From Planctomycetota bacterium (lineage in GTDB: Bacteria; Planctomycetota; UBA1135; UBA2386), in contig OZ245838.1 of NCBI GenBank assembly GCA_965228735.1, positions 736,001 to 800,000 of the forward strand: a DNA stretch of 64,000 nt. Direction: 5' to 3'. The translations under genes and the position numbers were made by a program. The notes beneath the pieces were generated by a model, which saw only the letters and a list, made by a program, of their open reading frames with translations, was not told where the DNA came from and ran no database searches. Positions 1 to 9,328 of the stretch are shown piece after piece; position 1 is the first letter of the stretch, and the number at the start of each line of letters is the position of its first letter.

Positions 1-710
1 ACGCGGCAGCTTTGCTCGCGGCTGGCGCCGACGTGATCGACCTCGGCGCCGAATCGACCCATCCGGCGGCGGCCGACGTCCCCGACGAAGTGCAGATCGG
101 CCGGCTCGAGCCGGTGGTCACGGCGCTCGTCGAACGCGGCGCGAGGGTCAGCATCGACACCTGGCGACCCGGTGTCATGGCGGCGTTCGTCGAGCGCGGC
201 ATCGCGTGGCTCAACTGCGTGCACGGCTTCCGCACGGCGGGGGCGCTCGACGTCGCTGCCGCGGCGCCCGCGAGCGTGCGGTTCGTCGTCATGTTCCAGC
301 GCGGTGACGGCGCGCGGGCGAGCGGCGAGGGGGTTGGCGACGACGGTGACATCATCGCGGAGCTGCGCAGCTACTTCCGGGAGCGCATCGCGGCGTTCGC
401 CGATCGCGGCATCGGGGTCGAACGCCTCGTGCTCGATCCCGGCATGGGCTTCTTCCTCGGGGCGACGGCCGCGCCGAGTCTGGCGGTGCTGCGCCGGCTG
501 GACGAGCTCGCGGATCTCGGGGCCGAACGGATGATCTCCGTGTCACGCAAATCGGTGATCGGCGAGGTCACGGGACGGGCGGTCGCGGAGCGCGGGCCCG
601 GCTCGCTCGCGACCGAACTCTGGGCGGCGCGGCGCGGCGTCGAATGGATCCGGACGCATGACGTCGGCGCGCTGCGTGACGGCCTGCTCATGGAGCAGGC
701 ACTCGGGTGA
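1..710 (+). CDS. folP: Dihydropteroate synthase, 5'-truncated by window edge; Sul-like motif
   Basis: GADVIDLGAEST, SIDT, LDPGMGFFLG, SRKS and IRTHDV motifs; frame is open to the window start. Confidence 0.93.
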   Translation, partial: AAALLAAGADVIDLGAESTHPAAADVPDEVQIGRLEPVVTALVERGARVSIDTWRPGVMAAFVERGIAWLNCVHGFRTAGALDVAAAAPASVRFVVMFQRGDGARASGEGVGDDGDIIAELRSYFRERIAAFADRGIGVERLVLDPGMGFFLGATAAPSLAVLRRLDELADLGAERMISVSRKSVIGEVTGRAVAERGPGSLATELWAARRGVEWIRTHDVGALRDGLLMEQALG

Positions 711-1474
711 TCCCGCTCCGTGACAACGTGCCGGCGAGCCGGCGGCCGGTGGTCACCCAGGCGATCGTGATCGCCTGCTCGGTCGTGTGGCTCGTGCAGC
801 TCGCGCGACCCGAACTCGTCTACGAGCTCGGCATGGTGCCAGCACGGGTGTTCGATCCGACCGCGCCGCTGCGGGTGCCGGTGAGCGCGACCCGCTACGC
901 GCTGGTCGACGCGCCGGCGGCCGTGCCGGACTGGTTCACCCTGCTGACGTGCACGTTCCTGCATGGCGGCTGGTTCCACTTCCTCGGCAACATGCTGTTC
1001 CTGTGGATCTTCGGCGACAACGTCGAAGATCGCCTGGGGCGTCCCGGTTTCGTGGGCTTCTATCTCGGCTGCGGCATCGCGGCCTCGGCGGCGCACCTGC
1101 TGATCTCACCGGATTCCGCGGTGCCGACAATCGGCGCGTCGGGGGCGATCGCCGGGGTGATGGGCGGCTACATGCTGCTCTATCCCCGCGCCCGGGTGGA
1201 GGTGCTGATCTTCCTGTTCTTCATCATCGACATCGTGTCGCTGCCCGCGGTGTTCTTCCTCGGCTTCTGGTTCGTGCTGCAGTTCATCCAGGGCACGCAA
1301 TCGCTCCGGGTCAGTCATGGCGGCGGGGTCGCGTTCTGGGCCCACATCGGCGGCTTCGTGGCCGGGGTCCTGGTGGTGCTGCTGCTCAAGCAGAACGGCT
1401 GGCTGCGACCGGAGCGGATCGCGACCCCGTTCCAACGGCGGCGGGTCCTGCGGCCCACGCGGCGCTTCTACTGA
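707..1474 (+). CDS. Rhomboid family intramembrane serine protease
   Basis: FLHGGWFHFLGNM, catalytic GASG, AHIGGF; multiple TM segments; GTGA overlap with folP stop. Confidence 0.93.
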   Translation: MIPLRDNVPASRRPVVTQAIVIACSVVWLVQLARPELVYELGMVPARVFDPTAPLRVPVSATRYALVDAPAAVPDWFTLLTCTFLHGGWFHFLGNMLFLWIFGDNVEDRLGRPGFVGFYLGCGIAASAAHLLISPDSAVPTIGASGAIAGVMGGYMLLYPRARVEVLIFLFFIIDIVSLPAVFFLGFWFVLQFIQGTQSLRVSHGGGVAFWAHIGGFVAGVLVVLLLKQNGWLRPERIATPFQRRRVLRPTRRFY

Positions 1475-1679
1475 CCGGCGCGGCAGTTCGGCGGCCGTTT
1501 CGCGATCGGTTGTCCAGAATTGCTCCTGGCTTCGGGTGATCCCGCACCGGGCCGTGCGATGGGCGGTGTGCCGGCCGTGGTTTCACCCGGTGCGGCGAGG
1601 CGAGAGCGGGCCTCTCAAGTCGCGCGGCGCGTTCGTCGAAAGTGCTCCCATAGCGCCGCTTTGCCGCGCGATTGGAGCC

Positions 1680-2645
1680 ATGGAAACGGTCAACGAGATC
1701 AAGGAACGGCTTTCTGCCAAGTCGCGCACTGCGACGCTCGAGGAGCTGCGGAGCGAAGGGCGGAAGCAGGTCCGTCTGATCCGGGCCGAGCACATCGCGG
1801 CGATGGTGTCGCAGGCCGTTCATGCGGCAATCGAGAACTCCGGCCTGATCGACCCTGCCGAGCACGAGCAGCTGGTCGAGAAGAGCCGCGAGGAGTTCAA
1901 GGAGATCCTCTCGGAGCGTCAGGCGGAGGCCAAGCGTGCCGAAGAGGTCGAACGTCGCCTCGCGGAGCGCACCGAGGAGCTCGAGGCGTTCCGCAGCCAG
2001 GTGACCTCGCTGGACGAGGCGCTCAACCAGGCCAAGGCCGAGCTCGCGGAGAAGGGCGACGGCGGTCCGGAGATCAAGAACGAGCTCGAGCTCGCGCAGC
2101 GCAGCGTGATGTCGCTCGAAGCCGAGGTCGAACGGTGCAAGGGCGAAGCGGAGTCGGCGCGCACTGAGGCCGAGGCTGCCAAGGCGAGCGCGCAGCAGCT
2201 GCAGATGCAGATGCAGCAGCTCCAGCAGATGCAGGCGCAGATGCCGCAGCAGGTGCCGGCGATGCCGATGCCCATGCAGCAACCGCAGGCTGCCGGCAAC
2301 ACCGACATGATGATGTCGCTGTTCCAGGAGATGGCCAACCTCAAGGCCAGCATGCAGGCCGGTCAGCAGCAGGTCGCTGCGGCCCCGGCCGACTCGAGCG
2401 GCGCCGATGTCGGCGCGATGCTCGAGAAGCTCACGAGCTCGCTCAACGACCGCCTCGAGACCTTCGGCAAGAAGATGGGGATCAGCGCGGCGGTCGAGAG
2501 CGACGTTCCGACGGACTTCAGCGGCCTGTTCAAGGGCGCGGAGGCAAACCTCGAATCCAACATGGACAACGTCGAGGTGAAGAAGAAGACCGGCGGCGGC
2601 ATCGCGGCCAACCTCGCCAAGCTGAAGAAGCTCAAGGGCGGCTAA
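1680..2645 (+). CDS. Coiled-coil protein with Q/M/P-rich linker and basic C-terminal helix; putative partner of downstream actin
   Basis: ATG at 1680 after GGAG; E/K/A-rich heptad region; ends IAANLAKLKKLKGG; host-like codon usage. Confidence 0.75.
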   Translation: METVNEIKERLSAKSRTATLEELRSEGRKQVRLIRAEHIAAMVSQAVHAAIENSGLIDPAEHEQLVEKSREEFKEILSERQAEAKRAEEVERRLAERTEELEAFRSQVTSLDEALNQAKAELAEKGDGGPEIKNELELAQRSVMSLEAEVERCKGEAESARTEAEAAKASAQQLQMQMQQLQQMQAQMPQQVPAMPMPMQQPQAAGNTDMMMSLFQEMANLKASMQAGQQQVAAAPADSSGADVGAMLEKLTSSLNDRLETFGKKMGISAAVESDVPTDFSGLFKGAEANLESNMDNVEVKKKTGGGIAANLAKLKKLKGG

Positions 2646-2736
2646 CCGCGCCGGCCGTGGCCCGGGTCGGGCCGCGACGGGGACGGGACGAAGAACACTT
2701 CAGGGGACCAACGAACTTCACGGGTAGGACTGACAG

Positions 2737-3780
2737 ATGACGGAAGAAAACGACAACATCGATCCGAGCACGAACAACGCAACCGAGACCGAGATCGGTC
2801 TTGGCAAGGGCCTCGACGTCGGCACGGCCAACCTCGCGGCAGCCGTCCAGAACGAAGAGGGCGGCATCACGGTCAACGTCGAGCGCAACGCGTTCCTGGA
2901 CATCCCGAGCGACGTCTACAGCAAGAACATGCTGAGCAAGCTCAAGGTGCCGTACGTCGTGCACAACACGAAGCTCGTCGTGATCGGCGAGGCCGCGTTC
3001 GAGCTCGCCAACGTCTTCGGGCGCGAGACGCGCCGCCCGATGATGGACGGCCTGATCAGCCCGCAGGAGCAGGACGCCTTGCCGATGATGAAGATGATCA
3101 TCAGCAAGATCCTCGGTGAGCCGCAGGTGCAGGGTGAGAACTGCTACTTCTGCGTGCCGGCCGAGTCGCTCGACGTGGACAACAACATCGTCTACCACCA
3201 GGGCCTGTTCGAGACGATGATCAACAGCATGGGCTACCAGGCCCACGCCATCAACGAGGCGCACGCCGTGGTCTTCTCGGAACTCGCCGAGAACGACTTC
3301 ACCGGCATCGGCCTCTCGTTCGGCGGCGGCATGGCCAACGCCTGCATCGCCTACAAGTCGATCCCGTGCCTGTCGTTCTCGGTGGCGCGCGGCGGCGACT
3401 GGATCGACAAGAACGTGTCGGGCGTCCTCGGTGTGCCGCGCAGCAAGGCGACGCACATCAAGGAGCGCGGCATCGACATCCGCGATCCGAAGAGCCGCGA
3501 GGAAGAGGCCGTGGCGATTTACTACCGCAGCCTCATCAACTACGTGCTCAGCAACATCAAGACCCGCTTCGAGTCGGGCCAGAACATGCCGAGCTTCAAC
3601 GATCCGGTCGACATCGCCTGCGCGGGCGGCACGTCGATGATCGGCGGCTTCATCGAGGTCTTCCGCGACGAGTTCGCGAAGATCGACTTCCCGATCCCGG
3701 TCGGTCGCATCTTCCGCAGCGAAGAAGCCCTGACGGCGGTCGCGAAGGGCTGCCTGGTCGCGGCTGCGATCGGCGAGTAG
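2737..3780 (+). CDS. Actin-fold ATPase, volactin-like
   Basis: Phosphate-1 GLDVGTAN, connect-1 INEAHA, phosphate-2 SFGGGMAN, RGGDWID, adenosine AGGTS, AVAKG. Confidence 0.88.
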   Translation: MTEENDNIDPSTNNATETEIGLGKGLDVGTANLAAAVQNEEGGITVNVERNAFLDIPSDVYSKNMLSKLKVPYVVHNTKLVVIGEAAFELANVFGRETRRPMMDGLISPQEQDALPMMKMIISKILGEPQVQGENCYFCVPAESLDVDNNIVYHQGLFETMINSMGYQAHAINEAHAVVFSELAENDFTGIGLSFGGGMANACIAYKSIPCLSFSVARGGDWIDKNVSGVLGVPRSKATHIKERGIDIRDPKSREEEAVAIYYRSLINYVLSNIKTRFESGQNMPSFNDPVDIACAGGTSMIGGFIEVFRDEFAKIDFPIPVGRIFRSEEALTAVAKGCLVAAAIGE

Positions 3781-3891
3781 CCCCAGTTTCGGGACCCAGT
3801 TCCGGGGCCCCGCTCCGGGAGTTCGTTCGAGCCCGCTTGCCGGTGACGGCGGGCGGGCTTCACTCGTGTACGGTCCGAATCGGCAGCGGGC

Positions 3892-5244
3892 CTACCGCGG
3901 GCTCTTGGCGAGCTTCTCGCGCAGCAGCTCGAGCCCGCGCTCGAGGATCGGATCGCGGGTCTTCAGGTCGTCGGCCGTCGCCTCGACCACGACGTCGGGC
4001 GCGATGCCCTCGCCCTCGAAGCAGGTCCCGTCGGGCCGCAGGGCCTGCCAGCTCGGCAGCACGATCGTCACGCCGTTGCTCAGCTCGTGGGGCTTGGGGT
4101 TGCCGCTGCTGCCGTACGTCGGCTGGCCGACCTGCACGCAATCCGGGGCCTGGCGCATCATGAGCACGAAGGCCTCGTTGCTGCTCATCGCGTAGCGGCT
4201 CGTCAGGAGCGCGACCGGACCCGTGTAGCGCTCCTCGGGATTCGTGTGCCCGGTGATCGTGCGGTCGAGAATGCGGCCGAAGCCGTTCTTGCCGGCCCGC
4301 TCGCGGTAGCGGTTCCTGGCGTAGACCTTCTTGCCCTCGACGAACCACTCGGCGATGCGGATGGCCAGCAACTCGTTGCCGCCGGAGTTGACGCGGGCAT
4401 CGACGATCATGGCGCGGCAGTCGCGCATCGAGTCGAGGGCGTCCTCGATCGCGTCCATGTCGAGCGCGTCGGTCCACGAGGTCGTCATCAGATACCCGAT
4501 GCCGTCCTCCGTGCGGCCGTGGAGCGCGCGGTCGTTGCCGGCCGGTTTCACCGTCAGGTACTGGCCGAGGATGTTCGTCCGGATGAGCGGATCGACCGCG
4601 CGCCGCGCGGTCGCATAGTGCCGGTTCCCGAGCCGCAGGTAGACGTGGAGGTCGCCCGCCGACTCGAGCGTCCGGGCCACGGCGCCGGCCCAGCTCGCAT
4701 CCGTGGGGGAGGCGAGGATGGCCTTGCTCTTCGCCTTGAACTCCTTGCGCCAGTCGTCGACGCGCAGATCGTAGTACGAGTAGCGCCGGGCCATGACCTT
4801 CTGCAGCTCGTCGAGCGCCGCCTTGTTGCGCTTCTTCTGTTCGCGCGGATCGCGCAGCTCCGTCGGCAGGGTCGTGAACGTCCAGGCCACCGGCTCGAGG
4901 GCGACGCCGCGGGCGCTGCGGAAGTTCGTGAAGGTGTGGCTGTTCAGCCCGAAGCGGTACTCCTGATCGGCGTCGAGCTCGACGTCGATGACGAACGTCT
5001 TGCTGTTCTTCCATTTCACGCCCGTGATCTTGGGGAAGTTCGGGCCGCCGCCGACGACCGAGCGACCCTGGCCCATGGCCTGATCGAAGGTCACGACGAG
5101 CTGGGTGACCTCCTTGCTGTCGACGTCGAGTTGGCCGTTCGCCGGTGCCATCGACACGACGGTCGGTGGCTCCTGCGCTGGTGCGGCAGCGGGGGCGAGG
5201 GTGAGAACGGCCGGCAACAGCCAGCGGGCGCGCGATTCCGACAT
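3892..5244 (-). CDS. Secreted S41 family peptidase with N-terminal Ig-like domain
   Basis: Signal peptide; VVTFDQAM Ig-like start; IVDARVNSGG, MSSNEAF, GQPTYG and EGEGIAPD S41 motifs. Confidence 0.85.
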   Translation of the reverse strand: MSESRARWLLPAVLTLAPAAAPAQEPPTVVSMAPANGQLDVDSKEVTQLVVTFDQAMGQGRSVVGGGPNFPKITGVKWKNSKTFVIDVELDADQEYRFGLNSHTFTNFRSARGVALEPVAWTFTTLPTELRDPREQKKRNKAALDELQKVMARRYSYYDLRVDDWRKEFKAKSKAILASPTDASWAGAVARTLESAGDLHVYLRLGNRHYATARRAVDPLIRTNILGQYLTVKPAGNDRALHGRTEDGIGYLMTTSWTDALDMDAIEDALDSMRDCRAMIVDARVNSGGNELLAIRIAEWFVEGKKVYARNRYRERAGKNGFGRILDRTITGHTNPEERYTGPVALLTSRYAMSSNEAFVLMMRQAPDCVQVGQPTYGSSGNPKPHELSNGVTIVLPSWQALRPDGTCFEGEGIAPDVVVEATADDLKTRDPILERGLELLREKLAKSPR

Positions 5245-5401
5245 GACACCTCCGGGTTCGGTCAGTGTAGTCCGATGCCCGGCGGCCGGCCACGAGCCGC
5301 GCCCGATCGTGGGCGGCTACGGCTGCGGCGGCGGAACGAGGGACTCGAGCGCGGGCAGGTCATGGGGTGGCAGCGCCTTCGCGACGCCCTCACCCGTTCC
5401 G

Positions 5402-8400
5402 CTACGGCCCGAGCACCACCCGCACCCAGTTCGTGACCTCGCGGTCGACGAGGCTCACCGGATCGGCCGTGAACGCGGCGAACCAGACCTCGAGACCCGT
5501 GAGGAACGCGAGATTCGGGACGTCGACGAACGCGCTGGCCTGACCGTTCGAATCGAGGGTGCCGAGGAAGTTGCCGAACACCGGGCTCGCCGGGTTGAGG
5601 CTCGCGCCGATCAGGAAGCCGGGGCGCAGCGGCAGCAGGTTGCCGCCTATGAGCGGGATTCCGACGTCGTTGCCCTCGCTCGCGAGCAGCAGGTACAGCT
5701 GGCCGTTCTCGCCCGGAATAGTGAGATCGAGGTCGAGCCGTTGGCCGAGCGGCGCGTTCTCGCCGCTGCTCGTGAGCTCGCGCGGCTCGAGCAGGAAGGC
5801 GAGGCTCTGCTGCACGAGCCGGTCGCGCGCGCCGGCGTTCTGCATCGTGTCGAGCGGGAAGCCGAAGTGCACGACGCGGGCGCCGGTCACGGGATCGACG
5901 CGCTGAATGCCGGCGGCCTGGCCGTTGAAGTAGCGCAGGCAGACGTTGCCGCCCGTGCCGGCGGTCGGGCCGATCACGTCGGGGTAGTCGACGTCGTAGG
6001 TGCCGCCGGTGCCGTTGTCGAACGCGCTCGGCGGGATCCCCGCGGAGACGGTGCCCGCGATGCCGCCCATGAGTCCGTAGGTGTTGGCGTCATCGGCGAT
6101 GTAGGTCGCACCGATCTGGTTGCGATAGAACGCGCGGTCGCTCGCGGAGCCTTGCGAGTCGAGGTCCCAGCCGACCTCGGCGCCGGTCACGAGCAGCCCG
6201 CCGCCCTGCGCGAGGTAGGACTGCACGATGCTCTGCTCCGCCGCCGAGAACGTCTCGTCGGCCGTGCTCTCCTCACCGAGCGACCAGACGACGGCGCCGT
6301 AGGCCAGCGGCACGCGGCCGAGTGCGACGGCCTCGTTGGAGGCCGCATCGAAGCCGAGCGACGTGAACGCGCCGGCCCGGATCGAGCCGCCGATCAGTCG
6401 CAGGTAGTCGCGCGTGTTCTCCGGGCCCTTCACGTAGCGCCCGACGCGGTCGAAGCCCTGCACGAGCAGCGCCTGGGCCGTGCCGGTGTGATCCGTGCCG
6501 GCGGTGAGCACCTCGGTCGGGATCGATTGGCCCGAACCGTTCGTAGCCCGCACGCGGAACGAGCGCACGGTGTCGTAGGGCAGCGGGCCCGTCGACCAGC
6601 TCGTCGAGACGGTCGTGCCGGCCTCGACGAAGCTCTTGCCGTCCGGTGACCATTCGACGATGTAGCCGGTCGCGCTCGCGGCCTGGTCCCAGGCCACGAG
6701 CAGGCCGCGGCTGCCGTCCTGGGTCACGCGCAACGCGCGCGGCGGCTCGGGCACGAACGGCGCAGTCGGCGCGAAGTAGCGCATGATGCCGCGGGCGATC
6801 GCGCGGGCGCCGAGGTAGCGGAAGTCGGGGTCGTGCAGCGAGCGGTGATCGAACGAGCCGGCCGTGTCGTGGAACGCGAGCTCGAGCAGCACGCCCGGCA
6901 TCGTGCTCAGCAGGCGCACCTCGCCGAAGTTGGCCGATTGCTGGCCACGGTCGGTCCACGTCGCACTCCACTCGCTGCGCAGGTCGCTGATGATCTGGGT
7001 GTGGATGCGACTCTGCAACGTCGACGAGCCCGGCGTGGCGCCGCCCGAGTAGATGAACGAGCTCGTGCCCGCACCGCCGCCGGCGTTGGTGTGCAGCGAC
7101 ACGAAAGCGTCGGCGCCGCGCCACTCGGCGAACCGCGGGCGCGTCGTCACGTCATCGGCGTTGTCCTGGCCGGCCGTGTTGTAGACCGAGCTCGGCGCGC
7201 CGGCGAACTGCGTCCAGTAGCGGGCGCACTCCTGCCACCGCGGGCGACCGCTCGTGCTGCCGCCGCGGGCGATCGTGCCCACGCCGCCGCCGAGGCGCAT
7301 TGCGTCGGCGATCACGACGCCGCTGAGGAATGACTGGTTGCTGAGGGTGACCACCGCGTCGGACCCGGCGTCGAACCACCAGTTGCCGAGGTGGACCCAC
7401 GTGAGGTTGTCGACGGTCTGGTCGACCACGACCTCATCCGTTCCGGCCGCGTGCGTCACCCGGTAGAGCGCGGTCGGCGTGCGGTTGCCGCTCGCCCGGA
7501 ACCACGCGTAGATCGGATAGACGCCGCTCGTCGTCACCGGGATCGTCCAAGTTGCCGTGGCGGTCTCGGTCGGCGACGTGCCCGCGAAGCGGTACGTGCC
7601 GCCCAGGTAGCCCGAAGAACCGGACAGCGACCACGCGCCGTTCTCGGTGTAGCCGGGCGCGCCGCCGTCGTTGTCGGCGACGGCGTCGACGGTCAGCTCG
7701 CCGGTCTCGCGGCAGAGGATGACCTCGGCACCCATGTTTCGCAGCATCGGGATCAGATACCGGTTGCAGATCTCGGCGACGTGGATGTCTTCGAGCAGGC
7801 CGTCGATGAGCGGCCGTTGCGTTGTCCAGCCGAGCGTGCTGTGCCAGTAGTAACCGTGCCCGGGTGAGATCGCGATGCGGCGGCCGTTCAGAATGCCGCT
7901 CGCGACGCTCGCGGCCGCGGTCGAGCCCTGGCCGTTCTGTGGAACGTTCGGGCTCCGGTCGAGCGCGGGCCGTTGCCGCGCTGGTCGCTGCCGTGCTGGC
8001 GGGTGGCCGAGCAGCGTGCCGAGGTCGCTCTCCGTGCCGTCGGCGTTCTGGAGGCGCAGCTCGACGTGCTGGATGGCAGGGTCGGAGAGCGCGGTCTTCT
8101 GGATCTGCTCGAGGGCGTCTTCGCGCGCGGTCGCGGTGAGGAGGTCGGAAGTGAAGACCAGCGTCGCGCGGCCCGTGCCGTTCGGGTCGGTCGTGATCCG
8201 ACAGTCGACGAGCCGGGTCGCGCGGGGCACATGCGTCGTCCACCCGTGCGCGCGCTGACCCGCGTCGGGGCCGCGCAGCAGACGTTGGACTGCGGCCCGC
8301 GCGCCGGCATGCGTCGCGTCGTCCGCGACGAGCCCGCCGGCTTGGATGAACAGCGCGCGTTGCGCGGTCACCGCGCCGGTGGCGAGCGCGATGGCGCAGA

Positions 8401-8449
8401 TCGTCGCGAGGGTGCGGGGACGGGGTGAGGGTGCGGTGACGGCGAGCAT
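5402..8449 (-). CDS. Secreted N-acetylmuramoyl-L-alanine amidase (Amidase_3) with inserted beta-sandwich, FN3 domain and C-terminal accessory domains
   Basis: IAISPGHG, LEDIH, FVSLHTNA and GVLLELAFHD zinc-amidase motifs; VIADAMRL beta-sandwich motif; FN3-like W...Y...FRVRATN. Confidence 0.85.
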   Translation of the reverse strand: MLAVTAPSPRPRTLATICAIALATGAVTAQRALFIQAGGLVADDATHAGARAAVQRLLRGPDAGQRAHGWTTHVPRATRLVDCRITTDPNGTGRATLVFTSDLLTATAREDALEQIQKTALSDPAIQHVELRLQNADGTESDLGTLLGHPPARQRPARQRPALDRSPNVPQNGQGSTAAASVASGILNGRRIAISPGHGYYWHSTLGWTTQRPLIDGLLEDIHVAEICNRYLIPMLRNMGAEVILCRETGELTVDAVADNDGGAPGYTENGAWSLSGSSGYLGGTYRFAGTSPTETATATWTIPVTTSGVYPIYAWFRASGNRTPTALYRVTHAAGTDEVVVDQTVDNLTWVHLGNWWFDAGSDAVVTLSNQSFLSGVVIADAMRLGGGVGTIARGGSTSGRPRWQECARYWTQFAGAPSSVYNTAGQDNADDVTTRPRFAEWRGADAFVSLHTNAGGGAGTSSFIYSGGATPGSSTLQSRIHTQIISDLRSEWSATWTDRGQQSANFGEVRLLSTMPGVLLELAFHDTAGSFDHRSLHDPDFRYLGARAIARGIMRYFAPTAPFVPEPPRALRVTQDGSRGLLVAWDQAASATGYIVEWSPDGKSFVEAGTTVSTSWSTGPLPYDTVRSFRVRATNGSGQSIPTEVLTAGTDHTGTAQALLVQGFDRVGRYVKGPENTRDYLRLIGGSIRAGAFTSLGFDAASNEAVALGRVPLAYGAVVWSLGEESTADETFSAAEQSIVQSYLAQGGGLLVTGAEVGWDLDSQGSASDRAFYRNQIGATYIADDANTYGLMGGIAGTVSAGIPPSAFDNGTGGTYDVDYPDVIGPTAGTGGNVCLRYFNGQAAGIQRVDPVTGARVVHFGFPLDTMQNAGARDRLVQQSLAFLLEPRELTSSGENAPLGQRLDLDLTIPGENGQLYLLLASEGNDVGIPLIGGNLLPLRPGFLIGASLNPASPVFGNFLGTLDSNGQASAFVDVPNLAFLTGLEVWFAAFTADPVSLVDREVTNWVRVVLGP

Positions 8450-8503
8450 GCGCAGACGAGTCTATCCCGTCCGCGCGGCCTTAGAACCCCGGGGGCGCGG
8501 GTG

Positions 8504-9277
8504 CTACCTGGCGATCACGCGTGGGGCGGAACCGACCGTCGCATCGATGTCACCAAACCGCGTCGGTCCGCCGTACGGCTGCGTCTCGGGCTGCGCGACC
8601 GGCCGTTCTTCGAGCACGGCATCCAGCGCATTCCGGACGTGATTGCCCGCGCGCGTCGGATCGAGTCCGCGGCCGTCGTCGTCGAGCGCGCCGCGATACG
8701 CGAGCCGCCCGTTCTGGTCGAACACGAACACCTCGGGCGTCGTGCGCGCGCCGAGTGCGCGGGCTAGCCGCGCGCCGTGATCGACGAGAATCGGGTGGTT
8801 GAGCTCGCTGGTTGCGGCCTTCTGCCGCAGATTGCCGTACGGCCGATCCGCGGGCGCCGCGCGAAACGCGGCCGGCGCAGGCTCGCGGCCGACCTCGCGC
8901 GCGTTCGCCGCGAGGCCCAGCACCGCGACGTCGCGGTCGCGGTAGTCGCGCGCGATCGCGTTGAGCTTGGGCTCGGCCACGAGCTCCCACGGGCACGTGC
9001 TCGACCAGCTGTGCAGCACGACCGGCTGGCCGCGCAGGTCGCCGAACGCGCGCCGGTCACCATCGAGGTCCGGCAGCGCCAGGTCGGCCGGCACCACGTC
9101 GCCGATGCGGAGTGTCGGCAGCGCCGATGGCAACGACGTCGTATCGGCATGCCGATCGGCGTCGGGGGCGCGGTGGCCGCGCTCGCCGGTCGTCTGCTGA
9201 TCTTCAGGACCGGGCTGATGGTGGGCCGCGGCGAGGCCGCTGGCGAGAAGTGCCGCTACTGCGAGCCTGACGTTCAT
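8504..9277 (-). CDS. Exported redoxin (thioredoxin/peroxiredoxin-like) protein
   Basis: Signal peptide; LPDLDG, SSTCPW, GARTTPEVFVFD, YRGALDD. Confidence 0.8.
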   Translation of the reverse strand: MNVRLAVAALLASGLAAAHHQPGPEDQQTTGERGHRAPDADRHADTTSLPSALPTLRIGDVVPADLALPDLDGDRRAFGDLRGQPVVLHSWSSTCPWELVAEPKLNAIARDYRDRDVAVLGLAANAREVGREPAPAAFRAAPADRPYGNLRQKAATSELNHPILVDHGARLARALGARTTPEVFVFDQNGRLAYRGALDDDGRGLDPTRAGNHVRNALDAVLEERPVAQPETQPYGGPTRFGDIDATVGSAPRVIAR

Positions 9278-9328
9278 CGCTCTGGATATGGCGCACGACG
9301 GGTCGTACCCAGGTGGAATCGGGCGCGA

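Noticed and set aside
1317..1679. Extended N-termini from the ORF track (also for purD, metK, sucC, ResB, sulfatase, folD and the ECF)
   Set aside because: They overlap upstream genes or precede the conserved family start; downstream starts with SD or stop/start coupling were chosen
2737..3780. mreB, ftsA or mamK assignment
   Set aside because: Lacks MreB-specific motifs, and there is no mreCD, dcw or magnetosome context; gene symbol left blank
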